This document shows, piece after piece, positions 38,726 to 48,069 of a stretch of 64,000 nucleotides of DNA (position 1 is the stretch's first letter; the number at the start of each line of letters is the position of its first letter). Source of the DNA: an uncultured Collinsella sp. Its GTDB lineage: Bacteria > Actinomycetota > Coriobacteriia > Coriobacteriales > Coriobacteriaceae. Both the position numbers and the translations under genes were made by a program. The notes under the pieces were generated by a model, which was not told the origin of the DNA, searched no databases, and was given only the letters and a program-made list of their open reading frames with translations. Where the stretch lies: assembly GCA_959599635.1 (NCBI GenBank), contig CAUGJN010000001.1:8406-72405 (forward strand). The letters are read 5' to 3'.

Positions 38726-39409
38726 ATGTCCGATTCGAGCGACAGTTCCAAGCCGCGACCCAAGGCCGCGGCCGTTCCGCACTACACGGTGGGCGAGGAG
38801 ATTATGAACTCCGTCACCCATGGTGTCGGCTGCTTGCTGGGTATCGCGGGTCTGGTGCTCCTGATCGTATTCGCTGCACTGCGCGGCGGTGGCCCGGCCC
38901 ACATGGCCGCGGCAATCGTCTACGGCGCCAGTATTATTCTCGAATACCTTGCCTCCACGCTCTACCATGCGATTCAGCCCGCGGGCGCTAAGCGCGTGTT
39001 CCGCATTATCGACCACAGCTGTATCTATCTGCTCATTGCCGGCAGCTATACGCCGTTTTGCCTCATTACGCTGGCAAACGACGGTGGTCCCGTGCTGTTT
39101 TTTGCCGTATGGGCCATCGCCATCGTCGGGATCGCCCTCGAGTGTTTTTTGCGCGAGCGCCAGCCGCATTGGGTAAGCGGCCTGGTCTATCTGCTGATGG
39201 GCTGGCTCGTCGTCTTTAAGCTGCCCGAGCTCGTGTCGCTGCTCAACCCCGTGGCACTTGCCCTGCTCGCTGTCGGCGGCGTGTGCTACACCGTGGGCGT
39301 GCCGTTCTACATCGCCAAAAACGTGCGTTACCTGCACAGTGTGTTTCACTTGTGGGTGCTCGCCGGCAGTATCTTCCAGTTCATGGCGGTGATCCTCTTC
39401 GTAATCTAG
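38726..39409 (+). CDS. hemolysin III / PAQR family membrane protein
   Basis: EEIMNSVTHG, STLYH, DHSCIYLLIAGSYTP, HSVFHLWVL. Confidence 0.95.
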   Translation: MSDSSDSSKPRPKAAAVPHYTVGEEIMNSVTHGVGCLLGIAGLVLLIVFAALRGGGPAHMAAAIVYGASIILEYLASTLYHAIQPAGAKRVFRIIDHSCIYLLIAGSYTPFCLITLANDGGPVLFFAVWAIAIVGIALECFLRERQPHWVSGLVYLLMGWLVVFKLPELVSLLNPVALALLAVGGVCYTVGVPFYIAKNVRYLHSVFHLWVLAGSIFQFMAVILFVI

Positions 39410-39523
39410 CGATCGCGTCTGTGCCCGCGGGCCCATCCGAGCGGCCGCCGGGCGCAACTGCCCTATCCGTCACCTACGCTTACTACCTAACGTCCCGAAT
39501 CTTGGAGGTTCGAGAAACTCCCG

Positions 39524-40897
39524 ATGGACATAACCATCTCCCTTATCACCACCCTCGTTTTGACCCTCATCAACGGCTACTTCTCTATGTCCGAGATGGC
39601 GCTCACCACGGCCAAGCGCGCCGTGCTGGAGCACGAGGCCGAGGAAGGCGACAAGCGCGCCGAGCGTGCCATTAAGCTGGCTGCCGACTCCGACCAACTG
39701 CTCGCCACCATCCAGGTCGCCATCACGCTCGTGGGCTTCGCCTCGTCTGCCGTCGCCTCGACGAGCCTGTCCGACCCGCTCGCCACGTGGCTCATGAGCT
39801 TTGGCATCGCGCCGCTCTCCGCCATCGCGCGCGGCCTGGCGCCGGTCATCATCACCGTCGCCGTCGCCTTTGTGTCCATCGTGATCGGCGAGCTCGTGCC
39901 CAAGCGCATCGGCCTTGCTAACGCCGAGGGCGTATCCAAGCAGGTCGTGGGACCGCTCTCCGTATTCCAAAAGATCGCCCGCCCGCTCGTGTGGCTGACC
40001 GGTGCCTGCTCCGACGGCCTGGCCCGCATCCTGCGCATCAAGAGCGCCGACGACCGCCAGAACGTCTCGGAGGAAGAGATCAAGTACATGGTCTCGGAGC
40101 AGGACGACCTGCTCGACGAGGAAAAGCGCATGATCCACGAGATCTTCGACCTGGGCGACACCGTGGCTCGCGAGGTCATGGTGCCGCGCGTGGACACCAC
40201 CATGTGCGAGGACGACGAGACGGTCGCCGACGTGCTGTCCACCATGCGCCAGACCGGCTTTAGCCGCATTCCCGTCTATCACGAGGACCCCGACAACGTG
40301 GCGGGCATCGCGCATATCAAGGACCTGATTCAGCCCGCGCTCGACGGCAAGGGCGACCAGTCCATCGCCGGCTTTTTGCGCGACGCCACCTTTGTGCCCG
40401 ACACCAAGGACATCCTGCCGCTGCTGTCCGAGATGCAGACTTCGCACGACCAGATCGTGGTGGTCGTGGACGAGTACGGCGGCACGGCCGGCATCATCAC
40501 CATCGAGGACATCGTCGAGGAGATCGTCGGCGAGATCGAGGACGAGTTCGACCCCGACAACAAGTACCTCACGCGCCTCTCGCGCCGCGAGTGGCTCGTC
40601 GATGGGCGTTTTTCGTGCGATGACGCGATTGAGCTTGGTTGGCCGCTCGAGGAAAGCGATGATTATGAGACCATCGCCGGCTGGATTTTGGAGCTTTGCG
40701 ACTCGGTGCCCGACATCGGAGAGGTGTTTGAGGTTGCGGGGTACAAGTTTAAGGTGCAGTCGATGCGAGGCCAGCGCATCTCGCTCATTCGCGTGATCGC
40801 TCCGGCCGAAACCGATAAGAAGGATTCCGAGTCTTCGGCAGAGAAGCCGGCGTCGTCGGGTGCGGGCTCTGCGGACCCGCACGATGGCGACGAGTAG
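39524..40897 (+). CDS. CNNM/CorB-CorC family transporter (DUF21-CBS-CorC)
   Basis: FSMSEMA, GELVPK, EVMVPR, FSRIPVY, VDEYGGTAG, EEIVGEIEDEFD. Confidence 0.95.
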   Translation: MDITISLITTLVLTLINGYFSMSEMALTTAKRAVLEHEAEEGDKRAERAIKLAADSDQLLATIQVAITLVGFASSAVASTSLSDPLATWLMSFGIAPLSAIARGLAPVIITVAVAFVSIVIGELVPKRIGLANAEGVSKQVVGPLSVFQKIARPLVWLTGACSDGLARILRIKSADDRQNVSEEEIKYMVSEQDDLLDEEKRMIHEIFDLGDTVAREVMVPRVDTTMCEDDETVADVLSTMRQTGFSRIPVYHEDPDNVAGIAHIKDLIQPALDGKGDQSIAGFLRDATFVPDTKDILPLLSEMQTSHDQIVVVVDEYGGTAGIITIEDIVEEIVGEIEDEFDPDNKYLTRLSRREWLVDGRFSCDDAIELGWPLEESDDYETIAGWILELCDSVPDIGEVFEVAGYKFKVQSMRGQRISLIRVIAPAETDKKDSESSAEKPASSGAGSADPHDGDE

Positions 40898-40921
40898 GGT
40901 AAGGAAGAGTAGGGGAGAGTT

Positions 40922-41755
40922 ATGGCAGGCCTGTTCAACATCCTTAAGGTCACCGTCAGCGAGGACAAGATCTGCGCGCATGTGCTGGTGAACCCCGGCA
41001 TGCCGCTCATGACTTCGGAGGACATCGAGGCCACGGCGCGCGTGTACTACCTGGTGCCGGCGATTGCCAAGCATCTGTGCCTGGGCGATTCCGGCCGCGA
41101 GTTCCAGGACTGCATGGGCCAGACCGAGCTCTGCCATCTGCTGGAGCACGTGACGGTCGAGCTCATGAACGAGACCGGTCTTGCCGGTAGCATCTCGTGC
41201 GGCCGCACGCGCGTAAGCGAGCATGACGAGCGTGTCTTTGAGGTCGAGCTTTCGTGCCCCGACGACGCACTGGCCATCGGTGCGCTGTCGTCGGCCACCT
41301 TTATGATGGACTGGGCGTACCTGCACGCCAACCAGCCTGCCCCCGACGTGGAAGGTACGGTCGCGGGCCTGCGCAACCTGGTGCTGGGCATGCGCGCCGA
41401 GGCCGAGGGCAAGGATCCTCACGAGGCCGTCGCTGCTGCGAACGGCGAAGATGCTGCCGAGGACGAGGGCGCTGACGAGGGCGATGTGCCGGTCGACGCC
41501 GAGCCCGTTGCCGATGCGACTGCCGAGCCCGTTCCCACCGAGCCCCAGGGCGTCCCCAACTTTGACGATGAGCCCCAGGTGGCGATTGATACCGAGGGCG
41601 CGGTTGCCGAGAGCCACGAGGCCTCCGCTGCCGTCTTTGGCGGTGCGGCGACGGTTCCGGCGGGACCTGCGCATGAGGGCGGCCTACCGCTCGTTGACGG
41701 CGCCGGCGAGGACCCGGCCGCCACGGTGGCCATGCCGGCTATGCCTCAGGAGTAG
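40922..41755 (+). CDS. stand-alone cyanophycin synthetase N-domain-like protein with acidic tail
   Basis: PAIAKHLC...HLLEHVTVELM resembles CphA1 PxLxxHxC...HxxEHVALEL. Confidence 0.65.
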   Translation: MAGLFNILKVTVSEDKICAHVLVNPGMPLMTSEDIEATARVYYLVPAIAKHLCLGDSGREFQDCMGQTELCHLLEHVTVELMNETGLAGSISCGRTRVSEHDERVFEVELSCPDDALAIGALSSATFMMDWAYLHANQPAPDVEGTVAGLRNLVLGMRAEAEGKDPHEAVAAANGEDAAEDEGADEGDVPVDAEPVADATAEPVPTEPQGVPNFDDEPQVAIDTEGAVAESHEASAAVFGGAATVPAGPAHEGGLPLVDGAGEDPAATVAMPAMPQE

Positions 41756-41891
41756 GCCTACGCGTTTATCACCATCACGTACCTGCGCCTTTGCCATACG
41801 CAGATGAGCGGAGCGGCAAGTGATGCGCTGCGGGTATAATGGACAGCATTCAAACGGTGGGCACCGACGTGCCCGCAGGAGAGGAATGATC

Positions 41892-42281
41892 ATGGGTAAG
41901 ACTTTCAGCTTTGTCTCCGGCGCACTTTTTGGTGCCGCTGCCGGCGCTATTATCGGCGTTGCTCTGGCCCCGCGCTCGGGCGCCGAAACCCGCGCCATGG
42001 CTGCCGATATCGCCAACGACGCCTGGGACAATATGCGCGACACCTACGAGCACAGCGCCGAGGAGGCCCGTGCTGCGGTGAATGACTTTGGCCCGATGGT
42101 CGACGCCAAGACCGACGACCTGCGCGCCAAGGTCGACCTGGCCCGCGAGCGCATGGACCAGCTGCGCGAGCAACTCAACGACGCCATTTCGGGCGGCAAC
42201 GTGACGCCTGCCGCCGACGTCGTGGTCGAGAACGCCGTCGAGGCTGATGCCGAGGCTGCGGAGCCCTCGACCGAGGCATAA
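41892..42281 (+). CDS. YtxH-domain protein
   Basis: FVSGALFGAAAGAIIGVALAPRSGAETR. Confidence 0.85.
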   Translation: MGKTFSFVSGALFGAAAGAIIGVALAPRSGAETRAMAADIANDAWDNMRDTYEHSAEEARAAVNDFGPMVDAKTDDLRAKVDLARERMDQLREQLNDAISGGNVTPAADVVVENAVEADAEAAEPSTEA

Positions 42282-43033
42282 TGCGCGCCGGGGATTTTGT
42301 CGGCGCCAAGATCTATCGCAAGCCTACCGAGGACAAGCGCACCAAAAAGGACGGCACGCCGCGCAGCCCTAAAAAGCTCGGAAAGATTCACTTTCCGGTC
42401 TTTACCCCGGGCGGTACGCGCGTGGTCGGCTTTATGGTCCGCCAGTCCGATATCGCGGGCATGATCGAGCGTCCCGATCGATTCGTAGCGCTCGACGCCA
42501 TTGGTGTCTACGAGGGCGCCATTGCGGTCGATGACGTTAAGGACACGTACGATGCCGCCGCCGCCAAGCGCCTCGACATCAACCTGGACGATTGCATCAT
42601 CTGGGTCGGTATGGACGTGCGCACGGAATCGGGCGACGTCGTGGGCTATTGCTCGGACGTCGAGTTCAAGCCGCGCTCGGGCATCGTGCAGGCATTCTAT
42701 GTGACCGCCGGTGCTGCTTCGAGTGTTTTGGTTGGTGACACGCAGGTGCCGCCGACGATGCTGCGCGGCTACGAGAACGGCGCGATGATTGTCTCGGACG
42801 AGGTCAAGGCGCTCGGGTATTCGGGCGGTGCGGCCGCCAAGGCCGCCGAGGCCAGCGTCGTGGTGGGCGACAAGGTCAAAAAGGGCGCCAAGGTGCTCGA
42901 CGACAAGGGATCGGTCGCCGTGGACAAGGGCAGCCGCGCACTGGGCAAGCAGCTCGGCAAGACGCGCGGTATGTTCAAGGCCTTTAAGGACGAATACCAA
43001 AAGGCGAGCGGAGGCTCGTCAAAAGCTACATAA
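42281..43033 (+). CDS. PRC-barrel domain protein
   Basis: KLGKIHFPVF..RVVGFMV and GMDVRTESGDVVGYCSDVEF repeats. Confidence 0.75.
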   Translation: MRAGDFVGAKIYRKPTEDKRTKKDGTPRSPKKLGKIHFPVFTPGGTRVVGFMVRQSDIAGMIERPDRFVALDAIGVYEGAIAVDDVKDTYDAAAAKRLDINLDDCIIWVGMDVRTESGDVVGYCSDVEFKPRSGIVQAFYVTAGAASSVLVGDTQVPPTMLRGYENGAMIVSDEVKALGYSGGAAAKAAEASVVVGDKVKKGAKVLDDKGSVAVDKGSRALGKQLGKTRGMFKAFKDEYQKASGGSSKAT

Positions 43034-43108
43034 TAGCGACGTACCAAATGATGGGAGGCAAGCCGGAGACCTGTTGCTCCGGCTTGCTGTGTTTATGGGG
43101 GAGGGCAC

Positions 43109-44515
43109 ATGCGCCAAAACGGATCCAACTTAAACGGGCGTTCGGGTACGCGTCCGACGGCGCGCCGCGACCTGGGGCAGCTGCCCAGCGGTCAGCGCCG
43201 CCGTCGCCGTAAGCCCGGCGCGATGTACCTCAACCATAGCCGCGGGTTTAGCGACCGCAGCGCGCGCATCGGCAACGGGCGCTCGCCGCGCCGACCGTCC
43301 CGTCTGCCCTATGCGCTCATCGCCGTGGGTTGCGCACTCGTACTGTTTATCGCTGCCGTCGTGGGCTACGTCAACCGCAGCGTGGACGTGGAGCTCAACG
43401 GCGAGAAGACCGCGGTGCGCGTGGGCTCTACGCTGCAGAATCTCATCGACGACCAGGAGTTGACTGACACCTACGACGCAGGCGACCTGCTGGCCGTCGA
43501 TGACAGCGTGCTCAAGCGCCATGGCGGCGAAAAGCTGTCGGTTAAGGTGGACGGCAAGCGCATAAAACAGGGCAAATGGGATAGCCGCGAACTTGAGGGC
43601 GGCGAGAAGGTGACGGTCAAGGATGGCCGTAACACCTACGAGAAGCACGAGGTTCAGGCTACGGTTATCGAGCCCAAGCTCAAGGTCGAGGGCACGGGCG
43701 CTATCGAGTATGTGCAGACATGGGGTGTCCAGGGCCGCTCCGAGGTGTGGGTTGGTGAGCAGTCGGGCAAGACGCAGGACCGCGGCGAGGTTGTGCCCGC
43801 CGCCGATTGCGTCGTTGCGTGCGCCAGCGTGGCGCCCAAGGGCAACGAAAAGTACGTGGCGCTGACGTTTGACGAGGGTCCGAGCGGCGCCACCAAACAG
43901 ATCTTGCAGGTGCTCAAGGAAAAGGGCGTTACCGCGACGTTCTTCCTTTCGGGCGATGCGGCCGAGGCCTCGCCTGCCACGGCCAAGGCGATTGTCGATG
44001 CCGGGTGCGAGATCGGATCCAACAGCTACAGCGACGATTCGCTCAAGGGTCAGGACCGTGAGGCGGTACGCGAGCAGATCACGAAAGGCACCGATGCGAT
44101 TAAGTCGGCGACCGGCGTGAAGACGATGCTGCTGCGTGCTCCCTACGCTGCCTTTGACGAGCAAAACTGGATTGATGCTATGGACCTGGTTTCCGCCGTG
44201 GTCTCGTGGAATATTGACTCGGGCGACTGGCTGCTCAACGGTGCCGACGAGCAGGTCTCGACGGTGCTCGATTCGGTGACGCCGGGCAATATTGTGTTGC
44301 TGACCGATAGGGACGAATGCGCCGAGCAGACGCTCGAGGCGCTGCCGCAGATCATCGACGGCCTTGTCGCCGACGGCTACAAGATCGTGACGCTCAGCGA
44401 CCTGGTCAAGACGGACACATCGCTCAGCAAAAAGCTCACCTCGCTGACGAAGGTCACCATGCCCAAGGACGCCGTGTTCCCCCAACTTGCCGAGGACGAT
44501 GACACCACAGAGTAG
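43109..44515 (+). CDS. membrane-anchored CE4 polysaccharide deacetylase-like protein (degenerate active site)
   Basis: VALTFDEGP, ATFF, RAPY, WNIDSGDW, GNIVLLTD; N-terminal TM. Confidence 0.88.
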   Translation: MRQNGSNLNGRSGTRPTARRDLGQLPSGQRRRRRKPGAMYLNHSRGFSDRSARIGNGRSPRRPSRLPYALIAVGCALVLFIAAVVGYVNRSVDVELNGEKTAVRVGSTLQNLIDDQELTDTYDAGDLLAVDDSVLKRHGGEKLSVKVDGKRIKQGKWDSRELEGGEKVTVKDGRNTYEKHEVQATVIEPKLKVEGTGAIEYVQTWGVQGRSEVWVGEQSGKTQDRGEVVPAADCVVACASVAPKGNEKYVALTFDEGPSGATKQILQVLKEKGVTATFFLSGDAAEASPATAKAIVDAGCEIGSNSYSDDSLKGQDREAVREQITKGTDAIKSATGVKTMLLRAPYAAFDEQNWIDAMDLVSAVVSWNIDSGDWLLNGADEQVSTVLDSVTPGNIVLLTDRDECAEQTLEALPQIIDGLVADGYKIVTLSDLVKTDTSLSKKLTSLTKVTMPKDAVFPQLAEDDDTTE

Positions 44516-44546
44516 TCATTGGGTAGTCGTTTAAGAACGTCCCCAA
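44513..44546 (-). repeat. GGGGAC-type REP-like copy
   Basis: tagtcgtttaagaacgtccccaa is the reverse complement of 36032-36054. Confidence 0.85.
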
Positions 44547-44843
44547 GGGCTATGTCACGGATACGTCAGCGTTTGGTATGCCTGCAATGTGCAGCGCATA
44601 AATTCGATGCCGCAGGGCGATGCTGATGCTATAGTTACTGCGGTTAATGAGGGTCAAGAGAAAGGTTACAGGTGAAATCCAAACCTCGACCATACAGTCG
44701 ATGACCCCATGCAGGTGCTTTTTGCGCATGCACGGGGTGTAAGCGTCGAGCGGCGTGCCGCCCGCGCATGCGTATACATATCCAGAAGCCCCCGGACGCC
44801 GCACGCGCGGCCGCGTCCGGAGGAATAATGATGGGGAGCACCA

Positions 44844-46688
44844 TTGAATTATCTGAGTGAGATGCTCAAATTGCCGGTCTTGGACGTCGACGGCGAAAAG
44901 CTCGGCGTGGTCAACGATTTTGGCATTGCTACCGGCGAAGTTTTTCCGCACGTGACGTCGCTCGCGTTCCGCGGCCCCGGCAAGACGCCGTTTATGATCA
45001 GCTGGCGCAAATGGGTCGACCGTATCGACGAGACGGGCGTGTATCTCAACACGTCTGCCACCAATATTCGCTTCTCGTACCTGCAGCCGACCGAGCTCCT
45101 GCTGGCGCGCGACGTGCTCAATAAGCAGATCGTCGACACGCAGGGCATGAAGGTCGTGCGCGTCAACGACATCAAGTTTTCCATGTCGGGCGAAAACCAG
45201 CTGCGCCTGTTGGGTGCCGAGGTCGGTGCCCGCGGTCTGCTGCGCGCGATCAGCCCCGCACTCGAGCACGTCGTCGAGGGCTTTATGAAGCACCTGGGCA
45301 AGCCGCTCAGCGAGGACATCATCGCTTGGTCCTACATGGACCTGCTCGACCGCTCGACTAAAAACATCCAACTCTCGGTGTCGCACAAGACGCTCGGCGA
45401 GCTGCACCCTGCCGACATCGCCGACATTATCGAGCAGCTCGACCCGCGCCTGCGTGCGCAGGTGTTTGCGCAGCTCGATACCGCCCAGGCCGCCGAGGCC
45501 ATCTCGGAGTTCGATGACGACGAGCTTATGACCGAGATGCTCGAGGGCCTGTCCGACACCGACGCATCGTCGATGCTGGCCATGATGGACCCGGACGACG
45601 CTGCCGACCTGATCGACGAGCTTGATTACGAGAAGGCCGAGAAGCTCCTGCGCCTGATGGGCGTCAAGGAGGAGAAGGCGATTCGTAACCTGCTGGGGTA
45701 TGAGGACAACACCGCCGGCCGCATTATGACCTCGGAGTTTGTCTCCCTGCCCGCTACGGCAACGGTCGGTGACGCCATCGAGGCGATTCGCGAGCTCGAC
45801 GAGGACTTCGAGAGCGTCTATTACGTCTATACCGAGGATCCGAGTGGCATGCTGACGGGCGTACTTTCGCTGCGCACGCTGATCGTGGCCGACCGCGACG
45901 CCACGCTGGGCCAGCTCGCCTATCGCGACCTGGTCTACGTGTCGCCCGACGAGGACCAGGAAGACGTGACGGACGAGATGACCAAGTACGACCTGGTTGC
46001 CATCCCTGTCTGCGACGAGAACCGTCATATCCTGGGTATCGTGACCTTCGACGATGCCATGGACGTTATCGCCGAGGAGCATCAGGAGGACCTGCAGATC
46101 GCCGGTGTCGGCTCGGGCGACAGCGCGTCCGATGACTCGACGAATGTGCTCAGCTGGTTCGTGCATCGCCAGTACTGGGTTGTTGTATGGGGCATCGCGT
46201 CGTGCATTATAGCGACCGTGCTGGGAACGGCGCTCGGCTCCGCGCATCTGGTGGTGTTCCCCATGTGCGCCATGCCGCTCGTGCTGCTGGCGGCCTCGCG
46301 CATGGTGTCGTTCGTCAAGAACTACTTCCTGGAGTATGACGGTCACGACGACGAGCCCAAGCCGTATCTGGGGTTCTTCTTCCAGAGCACGGGCATGGGC
46401 CTGATTCTGTCACTCGTGACCTACCTGTGCGCCCAGCTGGTGCGCACCGCTGCGTTCCCCGATGCGTCCATGTTTGAGGAGCAACTCTTTACCGGGTGTT
46501 TTAATATCGCTGCCATCATTTGCCTGGTTGGCAACATGAGTGCCGTGATTTACCTGATGGTGCTGTTCTGGCGTGACGAGCATGACCTCAACACGTCGGG
46601 CACCGCCATGAACGTCATTGCCGTCATGATCTCGTGTGTGGCGTATTGCATCGCCGCGGTGCTGCTCGCCATGTCAGTCATGGGTTAG
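44844..46688 (+). CDS. MgtE-like protein (PRC, MgtE_N, CBS pair, divergent TM domain)
   Basis: LHPADIADIIE, MDPDDAADL, TAGRIMT, GIVTFDDA; TTG start after ggggag. Confidence 0.88.
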   Translation: MNYLSEMLKLPVLDVDGEKLGVVNDFGIATGEVFPHVTSLAFRGPGKTPFMISWRKWVDRIDETGVYLNTSATNIRFSYLQPTELLLARDVLNKQIVDTQGMKVVRVNDIKFSMSGENQLRLLGAEVGARGLLRAISPALEHVVEGFMKHLGKPLSEDIIAWSYMDLLDRSTKNIQLSVSHKTLGELHPADIADIIEQLDPRLRAQVFAQLDTAQAAEAISEFDDDELMTEMLEGLSDTDASSMLAMMDPDDAADLIDELDYEKAEKLLRLMGVKEEKAIRNLLGYEDNTAGRIMTSEFVSLPATATVGDAIEAIRELDEDFESVYYVYTEDPSGMLTGVLSLRTLIVADRDATLGQLAYRDLVYVSPDEDQEDVTDEMTKYDLVAIPVCDENRHILGIVTFDDAMDVIAEEHQEDLQIAGVGSGDSASDDSTNVLSWFVHRQYWVVVWGIASCIIATVLGTALGSAHLVVFPMCAMPLVLLAASRMVSFVKNYFLEYDGHDDEPKPYLGFFFQSTGMGLILSLVTYLCAQLVRTAAFPDASMFEEQLFTGCFNIAAIICLVGNMSAVIYLMVLFWRDEHDLNTSGTAMNVIAVMISCVAYCIAAVLLAMSVMG

Positions 46689-46696
46689 GTGGTCGC

Positions 46697-47959
46697 GTGC
46701 AAAACACGAAGCAAAAGGCGAGTACCAAGCAAAAGCTGACCATTGCGGCCATCTTTGGCGCCATGGGCCCCGGTCTGTTGGCGGCGCTTTCGGGCAACGA
46801 CGCCGGCGGCATTGCCACGTATTCCAGCGCGGGCGCCAGCTATGGTTACAAGATGCTCTGGATGCTTCCCGTCATGACCGTGCTGCTTATCGTGACGCAG
46901 GAGACCGCGGCGCGCTGCGGATGCGTCACGGGTAAGGGCCTGGCGTCGCTCATTCGCGAGCGCTTTGGTGTGCGCAAGAGCGTGCTGGCCATGGCGGCGC
47001 TGCTGATCGCCAACACGGCCGTTACCATCTCGGAGTTTGCGGGTATCGCGAGTGGCCTGGCCCTGTTTGGGGTGCCGGCGAGTATCTCGGTGCCATTGGT
47101 GGCCCTGTTGGTTTGGATGCTTACCATGTCGGGCAGTTTCCAGCGCATCGAGAAGATTCTGCTGCTGGTAAGCTGCGTGTTTGTGACCTACATCGTCGCC
47201 GCGTTTATGGCCGGCCCCAACTGGGGTGAGGTCGCGGTCGACTTGGTCGTCCCCAATATTCAAAACGACCCCAGCTACGTGTCGCTCGTGGTCGCAACAA
47301 TCGGTACCACCATCGCACCGTGGATGATCTTCTTGGCTCAGAACAACGTGGTCGATAAGAATGCGGGCGAGGACGATATCGTGCTGCAGCGTATTGATAC
47401 CGTGAGCGGCTCGATCGCTGCTGATATCATTGCGGGCTTCATTATCATCACGACCGGTACGGTGCTGTTTCCCGCGGGCGTCCAGATTAGCGACGCTGCC
47501 GATGCTGCCCGCGCGCTGGAACCCATCGCGGGCCAGTGGTCCACGGTGTTGTTTGCCTCGGGCTTGGTCGCAGCGAGCTTTTTGGCTGCCTGCGTGTTGC
47601 CGGGCGTTACGTCGAGCGCTATCTGCGAGGCATTTGGCTGGGAGCGCGGCGCCGATCGCAGCTGGGACGAGGCTCCGGTCTATCGCGGCATCATTACGGC
47701 CATCATCGGTATCTCTGCCGTGCTGGTGCTTATGCCCGGTGTCGATCTGTTCCAGATTATGATGACCTCGCAGGTCATCAATGGCGTGCTACTGCCCGTG
47801 GTTCTGGTGTTCCAGGTGGTTATCGCTGCCGACCGTCACATTATGGGCGCCAACCGCAATGGCCGCGTGTGGAATGTGCTCACTTGGGCGACTATCGCCG
47901 TGATTACGGTGTTGACGGTCGTCATGTTTGTGCTGCAAGCGATGGGCTACAGCGCTTAG
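46697..47959 (+). CDS. Nramp-related Mg2+ transporter (NRMT-type)
   Basis: GPGLL...NDAGGIATYS, GTTIAPW, SQVINGVLLP. Confidence 0.88.
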   Translation: MQNTKQKASTKQKLTIAAIFGAMGPGLLAALSGNDAGGIATYSSAGASYGYKMLWMLPVMTVLLIVTQETAARCGCVTGKGLASLIRERFGVRKSVLAMAALLIANTAVTISEFAGIASGLALFGVPASISVPLVALLVWMLTMSGSFQRIEKILLLVSCVFVTYIVAAFMAGPNWGEVAVDLVVPNIQNDPSYVSLVVATIGTTIAPWMIFLAQNNVVDKNAGEDDIVLQRIDTVSGSIAADIIAGFIIITTGTVLFPAGVQISDAADAARALEPIAGQWSTVLFASGLVAASFLAACVLPGVTSSAICEAFGWERGADRSWDEAPVYRGIITAIIGISAVLVLMPGVDLFQIMMTSQVINGVLLPVVLVFQVVIAADRHIMGANRNGRVWNVLTWATIAVITVLTVVMFVLQAMGYSA

Positions 47960-47980
47960 CGCCTCTTTTGGGTTTCGAGC

Positions 47981-48012
47981 GGGCCGCGGCCATGGGCTGC
48001 GGCCTCTTTTTT
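47981..48012 (+). terminator. intrinsic terminator
   Basis: ggccgcggcc-atg-ggctgcggcc followed by a T run. Confidence 0.7.
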
Positions 48013-48069
48013 GCCCGCGACCTCTTGGGGCCGACTCTAAAAGAGTGATTTTGGGTTGTTTGCTGCAGG

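Noticed and set aside
38726..40897. Hemolysin toxin locus
   Set aside because: The names are historical; these are PAQR and CNNM membrane homeostasis or transport proteins.
44640..44680. M-box (ykoK) riboswitch
   Set aside because: Only a short aatgagggtcaagagaaa resemblance; the conserved 5' elements are not visible. Kept only as an unassigned leader.
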